A stretch of DNA of 64,000 nucleotides, from assembly GCA_964016885.1 (NCBI GenBank), contig OZ024747.1, positions 33,728,001 through 33,792,000 of the forward strand, written 5' to 3'. The notes below the pieces were generated by a model, which saw only the letters and a program-made list of their open reading frames with translations, was not told the origin of the DNA and did not search any database. Made by a program: the position numbers and the translations under genes. This DNA is from Eledone cirrhosa (taxonomy: Eukaryota). Of the stretch, positions 37,241-50,289 are shown in pieces (the first letter of the stretch is position 1; each line of letters begins with the position of its first letter).

Positions 37241-37984
37241 CACATATACATACACGTGCATACATGTATACACATATTTACACATTTTTAGTTAGACGTT
37301 GACTCTTATGAGTTCTTCCGCCATTTCTCAGGTTTTGTTTTTTGTCCGGCAGAGTGTCCCAAATCACCCTATAACAGGATGTTTTAATGTAGTAACAAAG
37401 TTGTTAGAAGAAATAATGTAATTAGTAGCGCCACGAGTAATCAGTTTGGTAGAAAGATGTGTTTATGTTATATCGACAAACGAGTAACATGATAATAACG
37501 TCAACAAGAAGAATGTTCGTGAGATGAAATGTATGTTTATTTTGTTGTAGCACAAAGTAATGTTTGTTAATTTGTATGGTTGAAGTTAAACATAAAAAGG
37601 TCGAAGTGCAAATCTCACCGTTACATATTGTACTTGTCGTTCCTTCGGAGTTCAAGCAGCAAGAGACCAAGTCGTCTTTACATTACCATGTTCAGGTTGC
37701 GAGAGGGTGATTTCTCTAATTTAAGCATGAATTTTTCCCTCAGGGCGCGTAGAGATACATTCTCTTCTACTGGCGCTGTTTGGTTGAGCTGAGCCAGATC
37801 ATGCACAGAAACCCTCTTCACCAAGTAAACTTGGTGGGGTTGCCGGTTTAGTCGCCGACGACCAGTTGTACTGGGTTACATGTTACCAGTAGCACATATG
37901 TATATACATACTTACATATATATATATATACCTACATGATGACTACAAACTCTGCTAAGAGTACTGCAATCGCTTGTCAGATTA

Positions 37985-40625
37985 CCAGCCATGAGAAACA
38001 CTATCATAAAATATAAGGAAAACAGAGTTGGAGCCGGATTGTCCCCCTGCTTCACTCCATTTTCAACTGATATTGGTTCAGAGATGCTACCACCAATACT
38101 GACCCAAACCTTAATGTCATCATGAAAAATACAGAAACTTTACAAACTTTGGAGGACATCCAAGCTTTTCCAAAATATTTCACAATGCAGTTTGATTGAT
38201 GGTGTCAAAAGCCTTTGTCAAATCAACAAAGGTAAAGGTAAAGGTCCATACATTGTTCGATACACATTTCTTGCAGCTGGAGTGCAGAAAAGATCATATC
38301 CACTGTTCCTCTTTCATTTCTTAACCCACACTGCAACTCAGGCAACATATTCAGAGCAACCCCTGAGATCAATCTATCCATCAATATTCAAAACATGACT
38401 TTACCAAATACAGAAAGAAGTGATATGCCACAAAAACATTTGTCCTTCCCACCCTTTCCTTTATGGAGAATCACCATGAGTGCATCCTTCCAATCTTGTG
38501 GAACATTCTGATCTTCCCAAACCTTTTTCATGAGGTCAGTCAGGCGCTACGTGAAGTATTCACTACCGCATTTCAAAAGCTCTGCACTCAGACCAACCAT
38601 ACCAGGAGACTTACCACAGTTCAGCTTATGCACAGTAAAAGTCACCTCTGCAAGAGAAGGTACATCTCATGCTTCACTGGTTCAATGGGAATGGAGTAAA
38701 TAAAATCATCATCAAACTGGGATGGCTGGTTTAAGAGCTCATCAAAGTGATCTCTCCATCTGTCGAGTATGTCTTTTGGATCGCGCAGTAACTGCTTGCC
38801 ATCTTTTGATCTCGACGGTGTCACTTGTGAGCTGAAAGGACCGTACACCTCTCTGAGTAGAGAGTGCAGCAGTTTCACATTCTTGCTATCAGATGTCACT
38901 TAAACTTCACCTGCTTTGTTGCTCCACTAGGTGTTTTGCATGGCCCTGTGTTTCACCTGCACCTTCTTCTTTACCTGTCTGTAATGCTCATATTGTCACC
39001 AACAGAGTTACCACCTTTAAGAACTGCATCAAGTGCCTTTTGCTTTCTGTCCAGCAGAGTCTTGACCTCCCGGTTATTCTCATCAAACCAGTTCTTGTGT
39101 TTTCTTGTGACAAAGCCAGGGACCTCTGCTGAAACCTCATAGACTGAGCTCCTGAAATCATTCCAATTGTTCACACAATCAATGTTTTCAAGCCTGTGAC
39201 CCAGCTCTTCCTTGACATCCCCATCTTTCATATAATCTATATTCAAGCGCCTTGGAATCTTGACACCATTTGCTCTTGTTTGAGGTTTGATCACAAAGTT
39301 TGCCTTGATGCGCACCAGACGATGGTCTATCCGGCACTCTGCACCACGCAGAACACGCACGTGCTTGATATCCTGCATGTCACATTTCTTCACAAGAACA
39401 TAGTCAGTCAGATGTCACACCTTTGACCCAGGGTGCATCCATGTTCAGGGCCGTTTTAAGGCATGGGCATGCTGGGCAGTTGCCCAGAGGTCCCATGAGG
39501 ATAGGGGGGCCATTTGTATTTTTATTCCTGTCAATGGTTGTGTAGGTAGGGGCCCCAGTGCTCTGCTTTGCCCGGGGGCCTATAATTCTGTCAAGATGGC
39601 CCTGTCCATGTTGTCTTGAACTTATCCTTTTGCTGGAACATTGTACTTGCAATGAACAAATCTAACTCCACACATATCTGTAGCAAGAGGAGACCATTGC
39701 TGTTATATTTCCCTCTGCCATGTCTGCTGATCACATCCTAAGTCTCATAATCCCTGCCAACGCGAGTTGGATAATTTTTGCTGCTGAAGGAATCTTTTTG
39801 ACAAGTTCCTTCAAAGACTTGTAAAAGGTGAGTTTCTCGTCTTCATTGGAGTTCATTGTCGGGGCATATACACTGAAATGTTAAAGTAGTGATTGTACAT
39901 CAGAGGAATTCTCATTGATATGAGATGATCACTGATGCCACTTGGAAACTGGTCAAGTGTCGACACCAAAGATATTTTCACTGCAAAAGCCACACCTGCC
40001 TCCCTTTTGCATCCTGCAGTTCTGCCACTTCAGTGAAACGTGTAGCCACTGGAGATCTCAGTGATATGACCGTCTTTGAGTAGCCTTGTTTTAGATAAGG
40101 CAACAATATTTATATTATATCATCCCAGCATCAAGAGCTGATCTTCTTTCTGGTCGTGATTCTGAAGACACAAAATATAATGAGGTCCGGGTGTTCCAGC
40201 AACTGATATTCATAGGTTTCAGCTTCTTCTTCTTGGCAGGATGATGACCGGGCCCATGCTGCCGGGCCAAACCCTTTCACCATCAGTTCCAGAGCCACCA
40301 TTGCCATTAATTGGTACATTATCATGCTTCATCATTGAATAATTTTGCCTTTTTTGGTTACGGTCAGCCACAATGCAACAAATAATTTGTTCAAATCGAT
40401 CAGGCAATGCCTTTCTCAGAACTAATCCAACTTTCTAAGCATCGAGAGCATATACCAAAAAGTAGAGCTGGTCATCATCATCGGGTGCCCTTAACACCGC
40501 AGGTGTTTATTTGTAGTTTCCCTCTCCTAGAGAAGTGTTGTGACAACAGCTAAGGCAGCATCTCACTCCCAGCAGGCTATCTGCACACCCGGGCACCAAC
40601 CTAGGTATTTCCTGTCCTTGCGCAC
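37985..40625 (-). mobile_element. Decayed RTE-BovB-like LINE (APE + partial RT)
   Basis: GAECRIDHRLV, HKNWFDENN, SKDGKQLLRDPKDILDRWRDHFDELLN, ENGVKQG..PAPTLF. Confidence 0.9.
39446..39604. mobile_element. hAT-type MITE nested in the BovB-like LINE
   Basis: TIRs CAGGGCCGTTTT/AAGATGGCCCTG and a perfect 8-bp TSD TCCATGTT (39438-39445, 39605-39612). Confidence 0.93.
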
Positions 40626-40750
40626 CTACATACATATGTATATACATACATACATATATACCTACATACATGTGTATATGTATACATACATATATACCTA
40701 CATACATGTGTATATGTATACATACATATACACCTATATACATATATGTA
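40625..40750. repeat. ~36-bp minisatellite derived from a (TACA)n/(TA)n tract
   Basis: About three copies of acctacatacatgtgtatatgtatacatacatatat. Confidence 0.8.
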
Positions 40751-41574
40751 ATATAGAATATGCTTCGATCATTCCCGGTTGGAGCTGTATATATATACAG
40801 CTACATACATATATATATATATATATACTTCCATATACATTTGTGCATATATATATTGTGCATGATTTTTTAAATATTTTGAATTACATTGTAGGTTTCT
40901 GAACTTTTAAACAGATATTTTTAAAAAATGTAATTTTTTTAAAAACAAATAATCATTTCAAATATTTACTTCTCAACTCTGGTAAATAATTCCTGATAAA
41001 ATGCAGTTGACTTTTTTATGAAATTGAACATTAATCTAAATTTTTTTTACATGGTTCAATATTTTAGAAAATATTTTTGTATTCGAGAAATTTATAGCAT
41101 TTATAACACTTGAGATGTTAAAAAAGAAAACCAATACTTAAATTATGTTTTGATGATCCAATATACAAACAGAAAATCTTTCTGAAAAATTTCATACAAG
41201 TTAGATACGAAAAATATTTATTGAAAAAATAATAATTTTTGAAAACATTTACATGCTCCGATAGCTTTATAAATATTTTTATAGTTTTACAATATTTAAT
41301 CCAGTATATGATATGTGAATACATATCTATATGAGATATTATCATAACGTTTACACAATACAGATGCTGAGCTCCTACTGTACAATCAAAATACATGTAT
41401 AGGGGTGATCATTGGTAGCCATTGTATAGAATCAATCTTGATATTGTTTTGGTGCAATCTAATTGTACTCAGTTGTCAAACGTAGTTTAGCTCTGTTGTA
41501 TTAGAATGACTCTTTAACTTTTATGATGGCTTGGCTAAAGATTTATCTGCTCGGGGTAAGAAGAATCCATAGTA

Positions 41575-41995
41575 ATGGAATAGCAGTATCAGAAGAGCGT
41601 TGGACATCTTTTGTGGACATGCTTTGTCCCTTTACATTCTGAGTTCTGATTTGCTTTTCATCCATACAAGGTCAATAAAATAAAGTACCAGCTGTACTGG
41701 GATTGATTTAATTGACTTTCTCTTCCCCCAATAATTTTGGCTTTGTGCCTAAATCAGAAACCATTATTATTAAGGTTGGTGGATTGGCAGTATCAACATT
41801 GCGCCAGACAACAATCTTTGTGGCATAGAGTTACGTTCCCTTACATTATGAGTTCACATCCCAACGAGGTTAGTTTTACCTTTTATTCTTATGGTGTGGA
41901 TAAAATAAAGTACCAGTAATGTAATAGGAGTCGATTTAATCCACTTTCTACTCCTCTTTAAATTGCTGGCATTTTGACAAAAGTAGAAACAATTT
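41575..41995 (+). mobile_element. Two tandem SINE family 1 copies
   Basis: Core and tail present twice. Confidence 0.82.
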
Positions 41996-42022
41996 TTATG
42001 GTAGCTGATACATTCAAGCTAT

Positions 42023-42427
42023 CATCATCTGGCAACCTCAGCTGAGATGGTCTCAACAATTGATCTCCACGTGGGTCTGTCGTTCATTGCCATTGCCAAG
42101 TCCTGGATTTCAATACCAGAATCTCTGGAGATGACATCGGGATAGGAGAACTTGTGCCCCCTGTTATTAGTGACTGTTTGTGGTTTCCAAAGCACTAATG
42201 GGGACACAGCCTCATAGGTGGCACGATGGCAGTGGCCTGCAAATCTTGCTCTCCTTTTACGTACAATGACAGATATGCATGGGAGGCCGGCATATATCTC
42301 TCTCAACGCCAGATGTCACCAGCTTATGTTCTGAATGTGTTGAAGCAGGCGAGTGTAGGTGCCATCAATATGTTTTTGTTGTTTGGATGAAAGCGTCCAT
42401 ATTTCACTTCCATATAGCAAGATACAT
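42023..42427 (-). mobile_element. 5'-truncated RTE-clade LINE 3' end with TSD
   Basis: LLYGSEIWTL...RRARFAGHCHR; short gat tail; 11-bp TSD attcaagctat (42012-42022, 42428-42438). Confidence 0.88.
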
Positions 42428-42859
42428 ATTCAAGCTATACTCCTGAGAAGAATTTTGATTGAAGCTTAGCAAATTTACAACCAAAGCTTTTGGCATATAA
42501 AATACATAAGGAAGCTAGTTGTAGGTTAATTTAACCACTTTGATATGAAATTGTCTGAAACTAGCCCCTTCTATGATTCAAACCTGCTCATTGTAAACAT
42601 TATAACTATTTACATAAAAATTATATTTTAAAAGTATTTGTTAAATAATGTACTAAATATCAGCTTACTAATGAAAACTTAATTAAACTAACCTTAAAAT
42701 TAATTGAAACATAGGCAGTGAATTTCATTAGCAAAAACAATCACAAAAATAATGCAAAAAATATTTGGTTAAAAGTTTGGAACCCACTCATTAAACTGAA
42801 GCTAAAAGAACATAGCACCAAGACAGTAAATGGAACTGTACATAATATTGATAGTTATA

Positions 42860-44040
42860 GTGTCAAAGAAGTAACAATGAGATGAAGAATGGTAAAGCTA
42901 CAGGACCATCAGAGATAGTTGCTGAGATGCTAAAAGCATCAGGAGACATAGGAGTTGAACTAGTAACATACATAGTCAATCAAGTATTTCTGGCTGGAGT
43001 TATACCCAATGACTGGCACAGCAGCACAATCATAAATTGCTACAAGTGCAAAGGAGCAATTATAGGGGAATAAAACTAATGTACCAAGTTATGAAAGTGA
43101 TTGAAACAGTTTTAGCACAGCTAATTAGGGTGGAAATCTCAAATTAGATGAGATGCAGTTAGGTTTTGTGCCTGGGAAATGTACAACAGATAACCTCTTT
43201 TTAGTGAGACAACTACAAGAGAAGATCCTAACCAAGAATAAGCTGCTATATTTAGCATTTTTTTATCTAGGAAATGCCTTTAACAGAGTACTTCATTCTA
43301 TTATCTGGTCACCCCTATGGAAATTAAGTGTAGAATAATGGCTTTGAGAGCAGTGCAAGCCATATATAGAAGAGCTGTCAGTAGGGAGTTTAGTGAAGGA
43401 TTCAAGGTACAGATAAGAGTTCATCAGCCTTCAGTTCTTAGCCCACTGCTTTTCATCATATTTCCCCAGGCCATAACAGAGGAATTTATGACTGTCTGTT
43501 CTTAGAAAGTTCTTTATATGAATGATCTTGTCTTTATAGCTGAATCCATAAAAAATCAGAGAATAAGTTCTGACTATGGAAACAGAAGTTGGAATCAAAT
43601 GGTCTGAGAATAAACTTATCTAAAACTAAAGTGCTAGTAAGTAGGAAAGATTTTCTTAGGGAAGTGGCCCTGCTGAATATGTAGAAAAGAAGTAGGCTAA
43701 CACTCTATATGATGTACACAATGTAAACATTGCATACACAAGAGATGAAGAGGAATATCAGAAGTAATTGAGAGGAAGAGCATCAGTGATATAAACCTTT
43801 ACCAATCACATGAAAGATCCATAGAAGTGGTTGATAGCTTCTGCAATCTAGGTCACGTATGATATTTAGCAGCAGAGGAAAGTGCTCTGAAAACATAATA
43901 GCTAGAATAATCATAGGATGGAAGAAGTTTAGAGAGCTACTTCCACTGTTGACATAAAAAGTGTTCTCCCTACATATAAAAGGAGAACTGTATGATACCA
44001 CTGTGTAAAGTGCAATGCTGGATGGTAGTGATACATATAA
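42860..44040 (+). mobile_element. Degraded RT region of LINE family A
   Basis: MKNGKATGPSEIVAEMLKA, QLGFVPGKCTTD, VHQPSVLSPLLF, GKWPC. Confidence 0.9.
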
Positions 44041-46377
44041 TCCAAGGAATGTGACCTAAAAAGATCGATGGCTAGGAGGGGGTCAGTTTATATTCAGGGT
44101 CAATAGCTTGACTATTTTCACCAATTTCCAATCCTACATAAATAGGATTTGGATTTTTGCCCATTTCTCAGACATAAAATAGTGGAATCGGCTTATATTC
44201 ATATCTACTTATATTCTAGTATATATTTTAAGTTCAGAAAACAAAACATGCCTTTAATAGATTGGTGGTGCTCAACTAGCTCCTTGTCTTACCTCCAGAG
44301 ATGGCTTCAGAATAATATATGATTTTATTGATAGTCGTACTTTCCATTTTTGGCATGATTTCTATGGCTTCATGCCCTTTCTAACGACTACCACTTTACA
44401 GAGTGTACTAGGTGTATTTTATCATGACAGGGACACTAGAAAGTTGTCATATTCTAACAACAACCATTTTCTGTTTCCAAGATGCAAAGTAGTGAAGCAA
44501 CATCATTTGAAAGGAAGAACGTAATAGCTACAATTTTAACCCAGATGAAATCACATCGAGGGTAAAAAAAAAGTATGGATTTACTGTTCTTGTTTTTATC
44601 TATCAATTTCTAAATGTTTGATGAGATTTCAAAGATAAATCGCTTTAAAATGTGTTTATTTGATTTGAATGGAGGAAAATAGGGAAGGGGAAGCATAGTA
44701 ATAAACAAAATAAGTAAATAAATAGAAAGATAAAATAAATAAATAAATAAACAAAGAATTGAATATTCGATAAATAAGTATAAATAATTCTATAAATAAA
44801 TAAATACATGTGATGCTAATACATGATATTACCGAAGAGAGTTATTGTCAGTTTTAACCATTCAATTGGATATTGGTTCTCTTTGCAACGGAATGCTTTA
44901 TGAGCTATTCTGAAGTATGGCCTGAAGTTATTCTAGTCAAAGCAAATATATTCATATCTATACAAAATCTTTTGAGTGTGAACTCTTTGGAGAAATTCTA
45001 ATGCATTGATATACTTCAAAATGTATTTTCAATTCATTTGAAATAAAAATTCTTTATTTAGTGTGAAAATATATAGAATATGTTTTTCCTGGCTTCTCTT
45101 AACAAATCAACAAATCAATTCTTGTCAAATAAAATGAACAACATTCTTGCATATTCTTTTTTTGTTGAAGCTGATTAGTCTTATTAAAACAAGGACTGCC
45201 TAAAAGATCTTAATTGAATAAATTGTAAATGAAACCAAACCAGAGTAAAATGGTTATCTGACACTTGGGGGAAGCAATTTCTTGAGGAAGCTTTCTTTAT
45301 TCAATAAATCTGGAAGATAAACTAGCAAATTTAAATATATATGCCTTATAAAATGGAAGTATGTTTATTGCAGTGAGAATGTTACAATCAAATACAGACT
45401 TGAAAATAGCTCATAACTCCTATTGAAAGATAAGCTTATGCATAAATCTATTCAGGTGGCAATATAAACAGATAATTTCAATACAAGCAGCATAAAATGC
45501 ATGTGTTCGCATGTGTGTATTTGTGTATTTGCATGAGTATGTGTGGATATACACACACACACATGTGTGTATATATATTCTCTTTGTTATAATACGTTTT
45601 CATAAACACGCTATACTTTTAAAGGCATCTTCAAATTCATCTATTCGCAGATGACTAGGTCGCAAATTTGATCCCTCTTACAATGTGGGAAGATCATCAA
45701 AATTGGGACTTGAAACATTAAGTAGTGTTTTTGTTCCGTGTATGAGCATAAACAATCAATATAATATATATGTATATATACAGGAGAACTCAATAAAAAA
45801 CTGGCCCCTATTTTTTTACATAATCCATATTTTCATAAATACTGATTAAACTCTGAATATATTTACTTCAAACCATTAAAAACATAAAAATTACATTATC
45901 TTCTGATGTTTCTCTCCAGAGTTACAGCCCATGTTCCATGTGAAGAATATGAAATACAAGCTGAAAGTGATCTCTCTTCAAAATTCAATGGAAAACCCTT
46001 TTTATCTAAACCCCTAAAGCATAAATTGGTCCACTCCTGTGAAAAGTTTCTAGATGGGCATGTAAAACATTAAACATAGTATATAGATAATAAACTATAA
46101 TAAAAAGCTTAGCATGGAGCACCAGCATGCATCAGCAGACAACAAATCTAGGGGATAAAAAAATACAAACATTCACCTCATCATTTCTAACTGCAAAAGA
46201 AATTCTTCTAGATACTTCATTTCTGTAAAGAAGATATGGTAGTCAACTCAATCTGTCATCAAATAATAAGGAAGGAAAATATAGCAACCATAGATATGAA
46301 CACATTGAATCTAATACTGGAATCTATAACCCCCCCCCCCCCAAAAAAAAAATCTCTACCATGGAGTTTGTAAAATT

Positions 46378-46743
46378 TAGCAGCAATTATCCAGTGCATT
46401 ACTGGTACTTTATTTTATCGACCCCGTAGGGATGAAAGGCAAAGTTAACCTCAGCAGGATTTGAACTCAGAATGGCAAGGGCCATAACTTTATGCGTCAA
46501 AGCATGGTGTCTGACCTTCTACCGATACTGCCAATCCACCGCCATTCTCATTTGATAATAATTGTTTCTACTTTTTGGCACAAGGCCAGCAATTACCAGT
46601 ATATTACTGGTACTTTATTTTATCGACCTCGTAAGGATGAAAGACAAAGTTAACCTCGGCGGGATTTGAACTCAGATCGTAAAGGGACGTAACTATGCTA
46701 GAAAGCATGTCTGACTCTCCACCGATACTGCCAATTCACCGCC
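46378..46743 (-). mobile_element. Two tandem SINE family 1 copies
   Basis: Reverse complements of the family 1 consensus at 46378-46543 and 46557-46743. Confidence 0.9.
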
Positions 46744-47001
46744 CTGTCTATGTGATAATAATATAGTAAAAACATGTATTAGATACAGAAAACCTTTATG
46801 AACTATTAGAGTAAATCTAGTGTCCTATACACATTATTAATAGATTGAAAATATGCCAAGGTCAATTTTGCCAATCATCTTCCTGGGTTTGATTAAATAT
46901 AATACCAGAACATACAAAGGTGAGTATTATTAACTTTAACCTATTCCTCAAAATCAATGGCTTTGTGCCTATAATAGAAACAATTATTAGATTTCACAGG
47001 A

Positions 47002-47186
47002 TACAAAGGTGGGCTGAAAAGTTCATAGACTGACTATGAAGGTATGATGCTTGTGCTGCGAAATCTTGCATGCATTAATTTCAACTCTTCTTTATAATAA
47101 CTGCATTGTTTCTTTCCAGAGACTATGTTGGTCATTCCATGAGAGTGTCTTGGTTAGCCTATGCAATTTTCAGCCAAACCTCATAT
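47002..47186. mobile_element. Mariner-derived MITE (copy 3, reversed)
   Basis: tacaaaggtgggctgaaaagttcatagactgac...tagcctatgcaattttcagccaaacctcata. Confidence 0.8.
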
Positions 47187-48311
47187 GTATCAACTAGTTG
47201 GATCAAAATGTCTCTGAACTTTGATTCTTGGAGAAAGAATGAGTATTCACAATACATATACAAGATCACTATACCTGACAGAATAGTAGTAAGAAACTCA
47301 CAGGAGAGCTGGACAGTAGGTGTTCAGAGAAGAAACCTCAACCAAGTGTTTCAGCCCTTAACTTCTGCAAGAACTCTAAAGGTTAAGTAAGGAGGTGTTA
47401 GTTGTGCAGGAGATGATGAAAAGATTGGGCAAACATATATCATTCCTATATATTTTTCATTACAACCTTGCCACAAAGTAGGTGACCAGACACACATTTT
47501 AAAAGTTTAACGAGGAAGGCAAAATATATATACATATTCATAGACACACACAAAATATATATACATATTCACACACACACACACATACGTTTTTGATATA
47601 TTTTATTGGTTTCAGTCATTAGACTGATATATATATATATAAATGTGTGTGTGTCTGCGTTTGTGCATATGTATATATATATTTATAAATATATGTATAT
47701 TTGTGTTTGTATGTATATGTGCTTGTATGTAAGTATGTATTATATGTATATATGTAAGTATATGTGTGTATGTATATATGTATGTATGTAAGTATATATG
47801 TGTGTATGTATATATCTATGTATGTATATATGGCTGTATATGTATATGTATGTATGTATATATGTATGTATGTATATATGGCTGTATAGGGAGCTTATAG
47901 ATTGGACAACACATGCTGTCTTTTCGTGGGGTAAATTTTGATTAATTTTTGTATTCTGAAACATCAAAATACAACAACATTTTTGCTCACTAGACTCGGG
48001 AATTATCCTGACTGAAGCTGTGGAAGTTACACAAATATTTTCATATATTATCCCAAAGCAATCTTTATTTACATTTTACATTATAAATTTACTTAATCCC
48101 AATGAAACATGGCTAAAATTCAAATTTTGTGAAGAGAAGAAAACTAGACACATTTCACTGACCCCGCCACCTCAATAACGTCTACACTCTCTCCCCACCA
48201 CCACATTTACATTTACGCAAGTCATTACCCTATCTAGACTAAAGTCACTAACCTGTTACCAAACTCCCTACTCTGTGTTCAATGTGTGTGTGTGTATATA
48301 ATATATATATA

Positions 48312-48490
48312 ATAATTGTTTCTACATTTGGCACAAGGCCAGCAATTACCCAGTACATTACTGGTACTTTATTTTATCGACCCTGAAAGGCAAATTTAAC
48401 CTCGACGGGATTTGAACTCAGATTGTAAAGGGACGTAACTATGTTAGAAAGCATGGCGTCCAACCCTCTACCGATACTGCCAATTCACCA
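48312..48490 (-). mobile_element. SINE family 1 copy
   Basis: Reverse complement of the consensus. Confidence 0.9.
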
Positions 48491-48959
48491 ATACTGAACA
48501 GTAACACCCGAACGGCTTCAATTATACGAACTCTTTCGAAAGTCAACATTGACATAATCTTGTATCAGTAATGACGGTAATATATATATGTATATATGTG
48601 TGTGTGTGTTTGTATGCATGAGTGTTGGTGTGTGAATGAGTGTGTGGGTTTGTGTGTGTCGTACGAATGAGTGTCAATAAGTGAGTGTTCTTGTTTTTTT
48701 TTATGCGCGGGGGCATCGAAATAATCGGGCTGAATACCCGATCGCGCAGTTAAACCACAGGGAGTGAAGGACCCCTAGCACTTGTCAGGACATTCTTCTA
48801 GGAGAAGGCACCTCAGGAAACTGGGTTAACTCCGACATAAAACCTGCGGCTCAGTAGTTACTGATGATGTTGATCTTTTCTTCTTTTCGGGTTATAGCTA
48901 CTGTCGCTCAGAGATTGGGATTGGCTCTGTGCACAGTCTTTCCTTACTTTAAAAATATT

Positions 48960-50250
48960 CTTCACGTACAGGCATTGCACAATTGCATTTTGCCTTGTCC
49001 TAAGCCTGGCCTCACTGCGCTGAAGCATTTGCTCTTTCGTTTTTTGTGGAAGGGACATGCTCCGATGGTCAGGCGGTCCATCTGCTTTCAACACCCGGAG
49101 GGCTGGGCATTACGTGGCTGATGATGTGCAGACACGCATTCAGGCTACGGCATCTCCACCTCTTCCTCGACGGTGATCAGGTGTGGTCGCCCTTTGCTAG
49201 TTGCGTTTTTCCCCAGCTCGTCTCCTTGACAGAGCTGCCGTCCTGGGTCAAGTGAAGACCGTGAGGGAGCACTTGGAGACTGGAATGTCTTCTGGTGCTC
49301 ACAGCCATCGATCAGTCGGGCAATGCATTCAGTGGAAACTCCACCTTGGCGTTCTAGAGAGGGTTAGTGGAGGAAACGACGTCCTTGGGGATACTCTGGG
49401 CGTTGACGAAAATCAACTAGCCAATCTCTTCGGGAAAACTTTCGAACCGGGCCCATAGACAATTTCCAGAAATCCCTGGCCTGGCAGTGCTACCGAGGAG
49501 AGGAGCCTTGCCAGTTCGAGATAAACTCCACAGGCATGGAAGTGCCGTCAGCCGGACCTGTCCATGATGCGCGCAGGGTGAGGAAACTGTCCTGCACGCA
49601 CTTGTCCAGTGTCCGAGCATTGCTGACTTGTGGGTTTATGTCGAACACCTGCTGTCGCATGTAGGACGGATCCGGCTATCAGCTGAGTCCACCGTGAAGA
49701 TTGCCCTGCTGCCTTCCTTTAGCTGAGAAGGGCAGGCAGCTTTTATCTGTCTGGTGGCCGTGATAAAAGAGATCGTATGGTGGACACGTCTGAAAGGTTT
49801 GAAGACGGGTACTTTCCTCTTCGGTGATGCCCTGATTAACTTTTCAGGTTTCACCTAAAAAGGAAAATCAGGGTGGAGAGGGAAATGCTGCCTTCCAGCC
49901 AGTTTGTTGAAAGGTGGGTGAGAGAGGCAAAAATGGCCCGTGTGAATGGGCTTTTTTTGAACATGTGCCTGTAGCATTGTGGGAGGAAAACTGGAAGAGG
50001 GTACTTGCCCTAGCAGTCAGGGTAACCGTGGATTTTTTCTGGGCTTTCTCCATAAGCCACCCTCCGAAGTCTCCCCACCCCATCAGGGATTGTTCATTGT
50101 TTTCTTTTTTTGTTACATCCGCTGTTTTTTTTTTTTTACACGCAGAAATACCCATTTGTACTATCCTATATTGTCCTGTGTTGTCCTTAATGTTATACTT
50201 TGTGTCAACCCTTGTGGTTAATAAAGAAAGCATTATTATTATTATTATTT
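48960..50250 (+). mobile_element. L1/Tx1-clade LINE 3' end (zf-RVT region)
   Basis: LLFRFLWKG..PMVRRSIC..HP..GGLG; ALPVRDKLHRHG...TCP*CAQGEETVLHALVQC; AATAAA followed by an (ATT)n tail. Confidence 0.85.
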
Positions 50251-50289
50251 TTTTTTTATTATTATTATACATCTTTTTTTTTCCAATTC

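Noticed and set aside
45585-45640. Minus-strand TTGAAGA...GAAAACGTA hammerhead-like string
   Set aside because: Core is mutated and there are no convincing stems.
48881-48900. CTGATGA in the RTE-5'-like repeat
   Set aside because: No downstream GAAA, and the second copy reads CCGATGA.
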